Shown here in pieces: positions 26,674 through 37,222 of a stretch of 64,000 nucleotides of DNA. The translations under genes were made by a program, and so were the position numbers. Each line of letters begins with the position of its first letter. Within the stretch, counting starts at the first letter, position 1. Source of the stretch: Candidatus Omnitrophota bacterium (GTDB lineage Bacteria > Omnitrophota > Gorgyraeia > JAHJTE01); the NCBI GenBank assembly GCA_018830005.1, contig JAHJTE010000003.1, positions 199,674-263,673 on the forward strand. The letters are read 5' to 3'. The notes under the pieces are model-generated. The model worked only from the letters and a program-made list of their open reading frames with translations, was not told the DNA's origin and did not search any database.

Positions 26674-28002
26674 CTAAGCTTCCACAAGTGCAAACATCAG
26701 ATCTGCTTCAGCAACAACCTTGCCGGAAACCAAGGCCTTCGTGTGCACCTGGCCTGTCTTTTTCTTGATCCTTCCTAACTCGACTTCCAAGAATAATGTA
26801 TCACCCGGGACAACTGTCTTTCTGAATTTTACATTATCTATAGCCATAAAAAAGGCAAGTTTGCCTCTATTCTCTTGCGGATAGAGCATCAAAATCCCGG
26901 CAGTCTGCGCCATTGCCTCTACAATCAAAACACCCGGCATAAGAGGCCTACCAGGAAAATGACCAACAAAAAAGTTATCGTTCATCGTAACATTCTTAAT
27001 GCCTACGGCGCGCTTGCCCTCTTCTAATTCAACAATCCTATCCACAAAAAGGAACGGATAACGATGAGGCAATATCTGCATAATCTCTCTTGCTTCCAGA
27101 GTTGATCCTTGAAATTTAACGCTGGATGCAGAAGTAACTCCTCCTAATTCGTATCTATCCTTCTGTTGCTTAAGACGCATTAATAATTTTATATTCGAAG
27201 GGTGGCCACTTTTAAAAGCAATGATATGTCCTTTTATAGGAGAACCTAATAAACTTAAATCACCGATTAAGTCCATAATCTTATGGCGCGCAAACTCATC
27301 AGCAAAACGCAGTTTATTTTTGATTACCTCTTTATCTCCCACAACCAATGTATTTTCATAAGTTGCACCTTTTCCTAGGCCTTTGCGTTTTAAATCATCT
27401 ACCTCTTCTTCCAAGCAGAAGGTACGCGAAGGCGCAATCTCCTTTTGAAAAACTTGCGGATTTATAACAAAATCAAGACACTGTGCCCTTAAAAGGTCAT
27501 GCGGATAACTTAACGTATAAGAAATGCGAAAATCGCCAGCAGGCAAAACAGCAAGAGAGGCCTCATCCTCTTCGATCCAGATAGGCTCTTTTACGCTAAA
27601 ATATTTCCGAGGTGCTTCCTGAACAATTACACCCGCATCTTGCAAAGCCTGCATAAAATTAGTCCCGCTACCGTCTAGGCCCGGAATCTCATTATTATCT
27701 ATTTCTACAATAACATTATCGATTTCCAATCCAGAAAATACTGCCATAAGATGCTCAATAGTATGTATCTCGACTCCATTCTGACCAATGCTTGTTCTGC
27801 GCGGGTTTTTGTCAATGGATAAGATGTAATTTGCATCTGCGCGAATTACAGGTCGATTTGGCAACTCTGTGCGAACAAACAAGATTCCAGTATTTATAGG
27901 TGCGGGCTTAAACCTGACCTTTACTAAATTCCCCGTATGTAGACCTGTTCCTTTCAGACTAATCTCTTTTTTTATTGTTTTTTGCATATCCACGGATTTC
28001 AC
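26674..28002 (-). CDS. lpxC: Bifunctional LpxC-FabZ
   Basis: GLHTG, TIEHL and [11 protein letters not shown] (LpxC) fused to [12 protein letters not shown] and PGVL..EAMAQ (FabZ). Confidence 0.96.
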   Translation of the reverse strand: MKSVDMQKTIKKEISLKGTGLHTGNLVKVRFKPAPINTGILFVRTELPNRPVIRADANYILSIDKNPRRTSIGQNGVEIHTIEHLMAVFSGLEIDNVIVEIDNNEIPGLDGSGTNFMQALQDAGVIVQEAPRKYFSVKEPIWIEEDEASLAVLPAGDFRISYTLSYPHDLLRAQCLDFVINPQVFQKEIAPSRTFCLEEEVDDLKRKGLGKGATYENTLVVGDKEVIKNKLRFADEFARHKIMDLIGDLSLLGSPIKGHIIAFKSGHPSNIKLLMRLKQQKDRYELGGVTSASSVKFQGSTLEAREIMQILPHRYPFLFVDRIVELEEGKRAVGIKNVTMNDNFFVGHFPGRPLMPGVLIVEAMAQTAGILMLYPQENRGKLAFFMAIDNVKFRKTVVPGDTLFLEVELGRIKKKTGQVHTKALVSGKVVAEADLMFALVEA

Positions 28003-29066
28003 CTATTTTTTCGGAGTCTTTTAATCTCCTCTTTTAACTCTTTAATCTGTTTCTCTAACTCATCTATCTTATTATAAAGTTTAGGCAATCTCTGAACGCA
28101 GGCATGAATCCGCATGGCAGTAGCATAAGGCTTGGCAGGAAAACCAAAGACCTTTGTTTTAGCTGGGACAGACTTTGTCACTCCAGATCGTCCTGCCACA
28201 ATAACGTCATCGCCTACTTCAATGTGGCCAGCTAAACCTGCCTGGCCGGCCAATATTACATTCTTTCCGATTTTAGTGCTTCCGGAAATCCCTACCTGAG
28301 CCACAATTATTGAATTCTCACCCACAATAACATTATGAGCAATTTGAACAAGATTATCAATCTTCGTGCCCTTACCAATAATTGTTTTATCAAACCTTGC
28401 CCTGTCAATTGTTACGTTAGAGCCGATATCTACATCGTCCTCAATAACCACTGTTCCGATCTGGGGTATATGTTGATGTACCCCTCCAACTGTAGTAAAA
28501 CCAAAACCTTCAGAACCAATAACACTACCGCTGTGAATAACTACTCTATTGCCGATCGTGATCTTTTCTCTTATGGAAACATTGGGATATATCAGTGTCT
28601 GCTTGCCGATTTTAGTCTTAGTGCCAACGAAACAACCAGGATAAATAACTGTTGAATCTCCAATCTCGCACCCATCCTCAATAACTACATAGGCGCCAAT
28701 ACCTACATCCTTACCTAACTTGACTGCCTCTCCTATAATTGCCGCAGGATGAATACCCTTAGGCCTGACCTGTTCATCATTAGAAATAAAAGAAACTACT
28801 TTAGAAAATGCCAAGGAAGGATTTTCTACCCGAACAATGGGTTTGGAGGCACTATTTACTTCTTTATCTGTAATTATTGCCGAAGCCTTTGTATCATCCA
28901 TTAAGGCTAGATATTTAGGATTTGCTATAAATGTTATATCTCCCTTTTTGGCCTCTTTTATGCCGCAGACGCCGCTGATAGTTATGTCGGCATTGCCCAC
29001 AATCTCTCCGTCAATCAGCTTGGCAATTTCCTTTAATGTCTTGTTCAATTTAAGACTCTGTTGCAT
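27999..29066 (-). CDS. lpxD: UDP-3-O-acylglucosamine N-acyltransferase
   Basis: Hexapeptide repeats, [20 protein letters not shown]. Confidence 0.97.
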   Translation of the reverse strand: MQQSLKLNKTLKEIAKLIDGEIVGNADITISGVCGIKEAKKGDITFIANPKYLALMDDTKASAIITDKEVNSASKPIVRVENPSLAFSKVVSFISNDEQVRPKGIHPAAIIGEAVKLGKDVGIGAYVVIEDGCEIGDSTVIYPGCFVGTKTKIGKQTLIYPNVSIREKITIGNRVVIHSGSVIGSEGFGFTTVGGVHQHIPQIGTVVIEDDVDIGSNVTIDRARFDKTIIGKGTKIDNLVQIAHNVIVGENSIIVAQVGISGSTKIGKNVILAGQAGLAGHIEVGDDVIVAGRSGVTKSVPAKTKVFGFPAKPYATAMRIHACVQRLPKLYNKIDELEKQIKELKEEIKRLRKNR

Positions 29067-29068
29067 TG

Positions 29069-29575
29069 TTACTTCTTATATTTTTTGTTTAAGGTTTCTA
29101 TAATCCCGTCTGTTATGTCACTATTTTTTTGGCCATAAAGGAAGAGAGAGTCCACTAAGACAAAGGAACATGCTTCCTTCTTTGCGAGCTCCTCTGCAGA
29201 CTTTCTGATATCCGCATCAATCTCTCTCAATTTCTCATCTCTTAATTTCCGCAAATCTACACGCATCTTCTGATCAAATTCCTGCAGATTTCTGCTCTTG
29301 GTGGCAAGTTCCTTCTGTTTTTTCTCCTGCTCTTTATCTGAAAGAAGGGTAATCTTATCCTGGATTTCCTTTAATTCCTCTATCAGCTTATTTCGTTCTG
29401 ATTCCTTTGCTTTCATCTTTGTCTCAAGCTCAGCATCAAAGTCCTTGCGCTTGCTGTATTCATCCAAGATACGCATCAAATCAACAGAGCAAATCCTATC
29501 TTGCGCAAGGCAAGGATAAGAAAGAACTAAACTCAATACCAATGCTAACAGAAAAACACGTCTTGTTACTTTCAT
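29069..29575 (-). CDS. skp: Periplasmic chaperone Skp/OmpH
   Basis: Signal peptide, VD..RI, coiled coil, DIT..II..LN; lies between bamA and lpxD. Confidence 0.9.
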   Translation of the reverse strand: MKVTRRVFLLALVLSLVLSYPCLAQDRICSVDLMRILDEYSKRKDFDAELETKMKAKESERNKLIEELKEIQDKITLLSDKEQEKKQKELATKSRNLQEFDQKMRVDLRKLRDEKLREIDADIRKSAEELAKKEACSFVLVDSLFLYGQKNSDITDGIIETLNKKYKK

Positions 29576-29623
29576 GATAATCCTCCTCCTTAAATTTCTA
29601 AAGCAACCTATATATAAACTAGA

Positions 29624-31969
29624 TTAGAATCCACGGCTAAAACTAAAATGAAGCTGACCCTCTTTTTGTTCCTCCCCTGCTTCAACTTGAAGAGGATAAC
29701 CATAATCCAACTTAAACGGCCCAAGAGGCGTCTTAATCCTCAAACCTACCCCGATACCGGTCTTAAACCCACCCTTGGAAAAATCCTCCATCTTCCTCCA
29801 GACGTTTCCTGAATCGATAAAGGCAGCTGCCCTAATATGCTTCCATAATGGATAGAGATATTCAATATTACCTACCAACAACGCTTCACCGCCAATAGGA
29901 TCATCGGTTACAGTATCAATCGGACCAACCTTTCGTTCATTATATCCGCGAATCGTCTCAGAGCCGCCAGCGAAGAAACGCTCATATATCGGTACATCAT
30001 CGCTATCACCAAAAGGATTGACAATGCCCAATCTTACTTTAAACATAGCTACTGCTTCACGAGGTAAAGGAAAAAACAAACTTGTAGAATGAGAGAACTT
30101 GGTGAAATCCTTATCTGCACCTAGTGGTCCGCCAGTAAATTCAAAACTATTCTGTGACCTTAATCCCTTATGAGGCTCGAATATATTGTCACGGCTATCA
30201 AAGGTAGCGCTTAGACCCAAGGTGCTCAATTGATTTTTCCCTTCCTCTTTCTTAAAATCGGCTGTAGCGCTATCATCTATATCGGAGATTTCAATCTCCT
30301 CTAACTGATAGAATGTATTTATGTACCAATATTCGGATAATTCTTTTCCCAAGCGCAGAACGCCACCTGCCTTATCTTCTTCATAACCAAATCCAACATC
30401 AGTTTCACGCTCACGCTTTTCCTTATAAATATCAAAACCAAAAGATACTGGATAATCAAAAAGCCAGGGCTCTGTAAAACTTAAATCAAACATTTCAGTT
30501 ATGCTACCAACCGAGGCACGCAATTTTAAATCCTGACCCCCGCCGGTAAAGTAAGGAAAATTTTTCCAGTCAAAATTTTTCTGCTCTAGTTCAACAAAGC
30601 CAATAAATTGATCAATTGAGCTGTAGCCGCCTCCAAAACTAAAAGCACCCGTGTGCGTTTCCTTTACCTCTACGATCAAATTACTTTTATTATTCTCCTG
30701 CGTAGGCTCTATATCAAAATCTATCCCCTCCAGCTCGTCAAAGAATCCGAGATTATAGAGTCGTTCTTTGGAACGGCGTAATTTAGCTCCGTCAAAGCGG
30801 TCTCCTGGCCTTAGACGCAATTGGCGACGGATAACAACATCCTTGGTCTTAATATTACCCCTGACTTTAATAAGATTAACATAGTTGATTTCGTGCTCTG
30901 TTATCTTAAAATGTATATCAACCTTTTCTGTTTTCTGGTTCAGACTTGATATAGCGCTCACCTTAGCATATATATATCCTCTATCCATATAGAAACTGCG
31001 AATATTAAATTCATCAACCTCCAAACCATTTTGACTGAATACAGCATCGGGCCGCATCTCTTTAGAATATTCCTTTATCTCTTCGGAAGAAAAAGACTCG
31101 TTACCTTCAATCGTTATCTTACCTACAAAATAACGCTTACCCTCCTGGATTTTTAACACTATTCTGTACCAACCCAGCCGCAAACTTAAAATCTCTTTAT
31201 CTATCTTAACATCGCTATATCCCTCACTGCGATAAAAGACGCCTAAACGCTGGATATCCTCTTCCAAAGTAGATTCGTCGAGATAGCCCTTTCTGAATAA
31301 CCACCAAGCCGAAGGCTTTGTCTTAATCAGGCTTATAATCCTTGAATCAGGAAATGCAGAATTACCTTCAACCTCAACTCTCCTGACGCGAGCACTTAGG
31401 CCTTCATCGACTTTAATCGTTATAGTGACTTTATTGTTTTTCTCATCCAGAACAGAGTCATAACTTGTCTGGACCAAGGAAAAGCCTTTGCGTGCATAGA
31501 TTCGCTTTATTTCATCTAAATCCTGTCGTAACCTCTGCTTATCCAAGTAAGTCTCTTCTTTTGTCTTCATGGATTCTTGCAGTATTCGCTTATGAATACG
31601 TCGCGTGCCCTTAAAACGGATAGAACCTATAATCGGTTTTTCTAAAACATGGAAGATTACCCTGACCTTGGTATCTACCTCCTCCAGCTCAATACGCACA
31701 TCATCAAAATAACCCAAGGCGTATAACCTTTTTATATCGTCTCTGGCAACCTTTACTGAATATTCACTGCCAACCTTGGTCTTTATCTTGGAGATAAGCG
31801 TAGATAAACTGACTGTCTTATTGCCGATGATGTCGATTTCCTTAATCTGTTTTTTCTCCCATGCCGCGCCATCATCCTGGGCATAGATTGAGAGACCTAA
31901 GGAAAACGTAATAACGAATGCGACAACAAGACTTAAAAGTTTAGATGTGGGAAGGGGCAATATCTTCAA
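29624..31969 (-). CDS. bamA: Outer membrane protein assembly factor BamA
   Basis: Repeated POTRA domains, IRGY loop motif, TPLGP..LDYG, terminal F. Confidence 0.96.
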   Translation of the reverse strand: MKILPLPTSKLLSLVVAFVITFSLGLSIYAQDDGAAWEKKQIKEIDIIGNKTVSLSTLISKIKTKVGSEYSVKVARDDIKRLYALGYFDDVRIELEEVDTKVRVIFHVLEKPIIGSIRFKGTRRIHKRILQESMKTKEETYLDKQRLRQDLDEIKRIYARKGFSLVQTSYDSVLDEKNNKVTITIKVDEGLSARVRRVEVEGNSAFPDSRIISLIKTKPSAWWLFRKGYLDESTLEEDIQRLGVFYRSEGYSDVKIDKEILSLRLGWYRIVLKIQEGKRYFVGKITIEGNESFSSEEIKEYSKEMRPDAVFSQNGLEVDEFNIRSFYMDRGYIYAKVSAISSLNQKTEKVDIHFKITEHEINYVNLIKVRGNIKTKDVVIRRQLRLRPGDRFDGAKLRRSKERLYNLGFFDELEGIDFDIEPTQENNKSNLIVEVKETHTGAFSFGGGYSSIDQFIGFVELEQKNFDWKNFPYFTGGGQDLKLRASVGSITEMFDLSFTEPWLFDYPVSFGFDIYKEKRERETDVGFGYEEDKAGGVLRLGKELSEYWYINTFYQLEEIEISDIDDSATADFKKEEGKNQLSTLGLSATFDSRDNIFEPHKGLRSQNSFEFTGGPLGADKDFTKFSHSTSLFFPLPREAVAMFKVRLGIVNPFGDSDDVPIYERFFAGGSETIRGYNERKVGPIDTVTDDPIGGEALLVGNIEYLYPLWKHIRAAAFIDSGNVWRKMEDFSKGGFKTGIGVGLRIKTPLGPFKLDYGYPLQVEAGEEQKEGQLHFSFSRGF

Positions 31970-33311
31970 ATCTAGTATACTCCTTAATAAATGTTAATTT
32001 CATTGAACCAACGGGACCATTTCTTTGTTTGGCGATAATAACATCTGCAATACCTTTATTATCCTCTGTAGGATTGTAATACTCTTCCCTTAGAAGCAAG
32101 GTAACTAAATCAGCGTCCTGTTCAATAGCGCCTGATTCTCTTAAATCTGACAATTGTGGCCGACGGTCAGTACGCGACTCAACAGCACGCGATAGCTGAC
32201 TTATGGCTATCAAAGGAATCCTTAATTCACGTGCTAAGGCCTTTAAGGAACGTGAGATCTCAGATATCTCCTGTTGCTTGCTCTCTGCATTAGACGGCCC
32301 GCGCATAAGCTGTAAATAATCAACTACAATTAACTGTATATTATGTTGTGATTTTAATCTGCGTGCTTTGGCACGGAGTTCAAAGATAGATAAAGAAGCT
32401 GTATCATCAACGAAAATCTTGGCATCAGATAGTTTGCCTGCCGCCTGGGTCAACCTCGGCCAATCGCTTGCAGAAAGAAAACCCGTTCTTACTCTGTGGG
32501 CGTCAACGCGGGCATGTGAACAGATCATGCGCTGGGCTAGCTGCTCCTTAGACATTTCAAGGCTAAAAAATGCAACAGGTATCTTTTCTACCAAGCCCAG
32601 ATGTTCAGTAATGCCCAAGGCAAAAGAGCTTTTACCCATTGAAGGACGTCCCGCAATCACGATAAAATCCGAAGCCTGCAGTCCTGCTGTACGCACATCA
32701 AAATCACTGTATCCTGTAGGCAGGCCCGTAACATGCGCCTTGCGCTGATAAAGCCTATCAATCGTTTCAATACTATTCTTAATAACCTCTTTCAGCGGCA
32801 GATTTGAAGACTCTATTCGGCTATCGCTTATGTCAAAGATTAACTGCTCGGCATGATCCAAGACTTCATCAACCTTATTTTCTGCCTCATATGCACTACT
32901 TATAATGCGTGTGGCATTAGTAATAAGGCTCCGGAGTACGTTCTTTTCTTTTACAATACGCGCATAGTGACTTACGTTAGTTGTGCTAGGGACTGCATTT
33001 GTCAATTCTGTAAGATAAGCAGCCCCGCCGATATCTTCAATCACCTTCTGCCTCTTCAGCTCATCCGCAAGTGTGACTAAATCTATTGCATTGCTGTGAC
33101 TATAAAGATTTACTAAAGAACGAAAAATCTTCCTATGAATCTCTTTGTAAAAATATTCCTCTTTTGTTACTTCCATGCCAGCATGGAGCGCGTCTTCATC
33201 AATAATCATTGAACCTAACAGGGCCATCTCTGCCTCTATGTTATTAGGGTTAGTACGTAAGGCTGACACTGTTGGTTCTTTCTGTTTAGTGTTTTGAGCG
33301 CGTTTCTTCAT
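31941..33311 (-). CDS. dnaB: Replicative DNA helicase
   Basis: AGRPSMGKS, FSLEM, VDYLQL, LRESGAIEQDAD, AKQRNGP; no intein. Confidence 0.98.
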   Translation of the reverse strand: MKKRAQNTKQKEPTVSALRTNPNNIEAEMALLGSMIIDEDALHAGMEVTKEEYFYKEIHRKIFRSLVNLYSHSNAIDLVTLADELKRQKVIEDIGGAAYLTELTNAVPSTTNVSHYARIVKEKNVLRSLITNATRIISSAYEAENKVDEVLDHAEQLIFDISDSRIESSNLPLKEVIKNSIETIDRLYQRKAHVTGLPTGYSDFDVRTAGLQASDFIVIAGRPSMGKSSFALGITEHLGLVEKIPVAFFSLEMSKEQLAQRMICSHARVDAHRVRTGFLSASDWPRLTQAAGKLSDAKIFVDDTASLSIFELRAKARRLKSQHNIQLIVVDYLQLMRGPSNAESKQQEISEISRSLKALARELRIPLIAISQLSRAVESRTDRRPQLSDLRESGAIEQDADLVTLLLREEYYNPTEDNKGIADVIIAKQRNGPVGSMKLTFIKEYTRFEDIAPSHI

Positions 33312-33751
33312 TTTTTAACTATCCAAATTTTTATCTTGGCTACAATGTCATATTTTAAACGGACTTCTATTTCATAAATACCCAACTCTTTAATAGCCTG
33401 CTCCATTAGTACATTATTCGGCTGGATGTCTATGCCCTCAAGTTTGACTGCCTCTACTATTTCTTCTTTGGAAACGCCTGCATAGAGTTTTTCTTCTTCG
33501 TTAGTAGCAACAGGGATAGTAAAGGATTTTCCGCTTAAGCTGCTACAAATCTCTTTATAATGACTCTTATCTTTTTCTCCCGCCAGTTTTTTAGCCTTCT
33601 TTTCTTTTTCGATTTTTTCTAAATTAGCCTGCGTTACTCTAAAGGCTAAATTTTTGGGTAAGAGATAATTTCTTGCATAACCAGCTTTAACCTTAACTAC
33701 ATCATAGGCCTTACCTAATTTTGGGATATCATTACGTAATATAATCTCCAT
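33308..33751 (-). CDS. rplI: 50S ribosomal protein L9
   Basis: VKAGYARNYLLP; follows rpsR. Confidence 0.96.
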   Translation of the reverse strand: MEIILRNDIPKLGKAYDVVKVKAGYARNYLLPKNLAFRVTQANLEKIEKEKKAKKLAGEKDKSHYKEICSSLSGKSFTIPVATNEEEKLYAGVSKEEIVEAVKLEGIDIQPNNVLMEQAIKELGIYEIEVRLKYDIVAKIKIWIVKK

Positions 33752-33793
33752 TGTCTTAATCCTTTTGCTAAATCTGCTTTTCTAGAATTCTTA

Positions 33794-33835
33794 TAGGGCC
33801 CTGCGAAAATCATGAATGTGATTTTATAGGGCCTA
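33794..33835. repeat. Imperfect palindrome related to 8114-8141
   Basis: TAGGGCCCTGCGAAAATCA-TGAATG-TGATTTTATAGGGCCTA between rpsR and rplI. Confidence 0.6.
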
Positions 33836-34087
33836 GCGTGTATAAGGTAGCAATGCTACAAATCTAGCCCTTTTAATCGCTTGGCTTAAACTTCTTTGGT
33901 GTTTTGCGCAATTACCTGTAATGCGGCTTGAGATAATCTTACCGCGCTCATTGATAAACCTCTCGAGAAATTTTATATTTTTATAGTCCATCTCTATGGA
34001 TTTATCCCGACATAATCTACAGACCTTTTTCCTCAAAAATAAATTTCTCTTCTTGAACTTATTATCAAGCTTCCTTCTCTTAAACAA
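33833..34087 (-). CDS. rpsR: 30S ribosomal protein S18 (zinc-binding C+ type)
   Basis: CRLC, DYKN, RGKI...[19 protein letters not shown]. Confidence 0.97.
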   Translation of the reverse strand: MFKRRKLDNKFKKRNLFLRKKVCRLCRDKSIEMDYKNIKFLERFINERGKIISSRITGNCAKHQRSLSQAIKRARFVALLPYTR

Positions 34088-34155
34088 TTATTTCCTCCTT
34101 TGATGAGCACATAATTTATTGGCTATTTATGTAGAACTAAAGGTTATATGTGAAC

Positions 34156-34605
34156 CTAAGAAACATCCTCGTCCACTGACCAGGAAGGATCTAGACCATA
34201 GTCTGTCTGGACGCTATCTTGCTTAGCTGGTTCTTTTTCTTCAGTCGTCTGGACTGATGCATCTTGTCCCTTGGAAGCTCCTCCTAAAAATTGCACACGT
34301 TCAGCCCTAACTTCTAATACATTTCTTTTACTTCCATCCTGCGCCTGCCAAGAACGCGACTGCAATCTTCCTTCCACAAAAATTGGCCTGCCCTTCTGGA
34401 GATACTGATTGCATACCTCAGCCTGTTTATTCCAGGTAACAACCGTAACAAAACAGACCTCGTCCTTTTGCTGCCCTTCTTTATCTTTGAATCTGCGATT
34501 TGTAGCAATGCGCAAATTGGCTACAGCAGTACCTGAAGGGGTATAGCGCAGTTCAGGATCTCGGGTTAAGTTTCCGATTAAAAACACCTTGTTAAAATTA
34601 GCCAT
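34156..34605 (-). CDS. ssb: Single-stranded DNA-binding protein
   Basis: NKVFLIGNLTRDPELRYT, VEGRLQ.R.W. Confidence 0.97.
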   Translation of the reverse strand: MANFNKVFLIGNLTRDPELRYTPSGTAVANLRIATNRRFKDKEGQQKDEVCFVTVVTWNKQAEVCNQYLQKGRPIFVEGRLQSRSWQAQDGSKRNVLEVRAERVQFLGGASKGQDASVQTTEEKEPAKQDSVQTDYGLDPSWSVDEDVS

Positions 34606-34633
34606 GTTATCTCTCCCTCAATGAGGGCACAAT

Positions 34634-34978
34634 TTAGCTTGCGCTTTTGACGCTTACTAAGCCCTGACTCCTTTTGACGATTAATACCCTAATTATTGAA
34701 TCATTTAATTTAAATTCGCTTCTTAACTGAGTTATCGCCTCTGAAGCTATTTTAAAGTTAACTAAATAAAATAAGGCCTCGCCATATCTTTTTAGGCCAC
34801 CGCTTGTCAAGGCAGAGCTAATATTAAAGGCAAGCCTCTTCTTTTCAGCCCAAATATCAGAGACCTCTATCTGGCCGCCCTTTTTGTCGATGGCATCCCT
34901 TATCTTATCAAACACAACTTTTCTTTCTTCTTCCGATAAATCTGGCCTCATCAAGATCATTGCTTCATAATTATTCAT
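34634..34978 (-). CDS. rpsF: 30S ribosomal protein S6
   Basis: YE..IL.PDL, W..K.LAF.I, IIR.LI; rpsF-ssb-rpsR synteny. Confidence 0.93.
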   Translation of the reverse strand: MNNYEAMILMRPDLSEEERKVVFDKIRDAIDKKGGQIEVSDIWAEKKRLAFNISSALTSGGLKRYGEALFYLVNFKIASEAITQLRSEFKLNDSIIRVLIVKRSQGLVSVKSAS

Positions 34979-34985
34979 AAATCAA

Positions 34986-35525
34986 TTAACCCCCATTCTT
35001 TATCCATTCACAAATTTTTTTTTCTGCATCTTCAATAATTTGAGGAAACTCTCTTTTTTCTCTCGGATTAAATTTAGATAAGACATATTCACTCACATCA
35101 GAGCTTGCATCAAGACATCTTCCAATACCAATCTTTAAACGACTAAAATCATTTCTGCCTAAAGCATTTATTATTGAACGCATTCCGCGATGACCCGCAT
35201 CAGAACCTTTATTTTTAAGTCTAATCTTTCCGAAGGCTAAATCCAAACAATCGCAGATAACAAGTAAATCACCTATTTCGATATCTTTCTCTAGCATAAA
35301 AGGAGAAAGGCTTAAGCCGCAAATATTCATAAATCTAAGTGACTTAAAAAGGAGAACTCTCCTACCGCAAATTTGGCCACTTGCGATTCTAGCCCTTGCC
35401 TTAACATTGGTCCTAAATCTTATGCTATTATCCTCAGCAAGTGAGTCTATGACTTTAAAACCGATATTATGACGCGTATCCCTGTACTTGGCAGTTGGAT
35501 TGCCTAAACCAACAATCAATCTCAT
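34986..35525 (-). CDS. pth: Peptidyl-tRNA hydrolase
   Basis: LIVGLGNP, TRHNIGF, FMN, GH.G, RLKIGIGR. Confidence 0.95.
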   Translation of the reverse strand: MRLIVGLGNPTAKYRDTRHNIGFKVIDSLAEDNSIRFRTNVKARARIASGQICGRRVLLFKSLRFMNICGLSLSPFMLEKDIEIGDLLVICDCLDLAFGKIRLKNKGSDAGHRGMRSIINALGRNDFSRLKIGIGRCLDASSDVSEYVLSKFNPREKREFPQIIEDAEKKICEWIKNGG

Positions 35526-36253
35526 TCTTTAGTTTTTTCCTTTGGCTTTTCCTTAACTTCCGGCGCTTCTTTTCCCTCCTCTTCGCCTTTCTCCTTCTTC
35601 TCCTTTATTACCTCAGGCTCTTGTGCGCCTTCAGCCGCCTCGCCTTCAACCGCCTCCTCAGGTGGCGCTTCCTCTTTAATCGGAGCTGCAACAGATACTA
35701 CAACCATTTCTGGATCCTGCAAGAAAACAACGCCTGCAGGCAATTTCAAATCCTTAACATGGATATTATCTCCTATGTTAAGCGAGGTCACATCAACCTC
35801 TATTTTCTCAGGCATATTCCTGGGTAAACATTTAATCTCCAATTCCCATAATTGATGTTCTAATGCCCCGCTATCCTGTTTAACGCCTATGGGCTCACCT
35901 TTAGCTATTATAGGTACTTTTACGGTGATTTCTTCCGTAAGTGAAATCTCATGAAAATCTACATGCAAGATAGTATCCAATACCGGATCATACTGGATAT
36001 CCTTTATGATAACGTAGTGTTCTTTATGTTTTTTAGCGTCACTTGCCTCATCGCGAATCTTCAAATTCACAATAACGTTTTCAGCAGGATGAGTTCCTAT
36101 TGCCCTTTGAAAACAAGTTCTGTCAATACTTAAGACATGATTGGCCTTATCTGAATACACCACTGCCGGGATAAGCTTAGCGCGCCTTAAGGCCTTAACC
36201 TTAGACTTTCCTTTCTCTTTACGCAAAGATACTTCTAATTGAATCTCCTCCAT
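35522..36253 (-). CDS. rplY: 50S ribosomal protein L25/Ctc
   Basis: LRR...IPAVVY, Q.DP....ILHVDF, acidic tail. Confidence 0.95.
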   Translation of the reverse strand: MEEIQLEVSLRKEKGKSKVKALRRAKLIPAVVYSDKANHVLSIDRTCFQRAIGTHPAENVIVNLKIRDEASDAKKHKEHYVIIKDIQYDPVLDTILHVDFHEISLTEEITVKVPIIAKGEPIGVKQDSGALEHQLWELEIKCLPRNMPEKIEVDVTSLNIGDNIHVKDLKLPAGVVFLQDPEMVVVSVAAPIKEEAPPEEAVEGEAAEGAQEPEVIKEKKEKGEEEGKEAPEVKEKPKEKTKE

Positions 36254-36282
36254 AAATCCTCCAACGAATGCATTAAATATTT

Positions 36283-37221
36283 TTAATCATCAAACAAACA
36301 ACTTACTGACTCTTCTCTGTGGATTCTTTTTATCGCCTCTCCCAGAAGCGGAGCCACAGAAAGAACCTTAATCCGAGAGCCTTCACTTTTATCAAGCAAG
36401 GGTATTGTATCAGTAATTACCAATTCCTTTAAAATTGATTTTTCAATGCGGCTTATTGCATCTTCAGATAACACACCGTGCGCCACAGCTGCGTAGATAT
36501 CGCAAGCCCCTGCCTTTCTTAAGGCAACAGCAGCCTCAATAAGTGAACTTCCGGTAGCAGTCAAATCATCAACGACTATACAATCCTTTCCCTTAACCTC
36601 TCCCAATATATTCATAATCTCAATCTGATCAGGAGAAAGGCGCCGTTTATCTACTATAGCCAACTGCGCAGACATCCTCTTGGCGTAGGCACGTGCCATT
36701 TTGATACCACCCACATCAGGAGACACAATTACTAAATTCTCTAATTCTAATTTAGAAAAATAATCAACGAAAACATTTATAGCGAACAAATGGTCCAGCG
36801 GAATATCAAAAAAGCCTTGAATCTGACCCGCATGTAGATCAATTGTCAGGACTCTATCTGCCCCAGCACTAGTTAGGAGATTAGCTACAAGCTTTGCGGT
36901 TATGGGAACACGCGGCTGATCTTTCCTGTCCTGGCGGGCGTAACCATAATAAGGTATAACAGCAGTAATCCTGGCGCTCGATGCTCGTTTGAGTGCATCA
37001 ATCATAATTAAAAGCTCCATGAGGTTATCATTGGGAGGCGGACAAGTCGGCTGAATAACAAATACGTCTTTACCCCGCACGTTCTCGTTAATCTTAACCC
37101 GAATCTCACCTTCACTAAAACTAGTAATCAATGCATCGGCTAATTTCAGCCTTAGATATTTACAGATATCTTCTGCTAATTTACGATTAGCGTTTCCAGT
37201 AAATACAGTCAATTTATCCAT
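36283..37221 (-). CDS. prs: Ribose-phosphate pyrophosphokinase
   Basis: YARQDRK, DLHAGQIQGFFD, VSPDVGG, VDD. Confidence 0.98.
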   Translation of the reverse strand: MDKLTVFTGNANRKLAEDICKYLRLKLADALITSFSEGEIRVKINENVRGKDVFVIQPTCPPPNDNLMELLIMIDALKRASSARITAVIPYYGYARQDRKDQPRVPITAKLVANLLTSAGADRVLTIDLHAGQIQGFFDIPLDHLFAINVFVDYFSKLELENLVIVSPDVGGIKMARAYAKRMSAQLAIVDKRRLSPDQIEIMNILGEVKGKDCIVVDDLTATGSSLIEAAVALRKAGACDIYAAVAHGVLSEDAISRIEKSILKELVITDTIPLLDKSEGSRIKVLSVAPLLGEAIKRIHREESVSCLFDD

Positions 37222-37222
37222 T

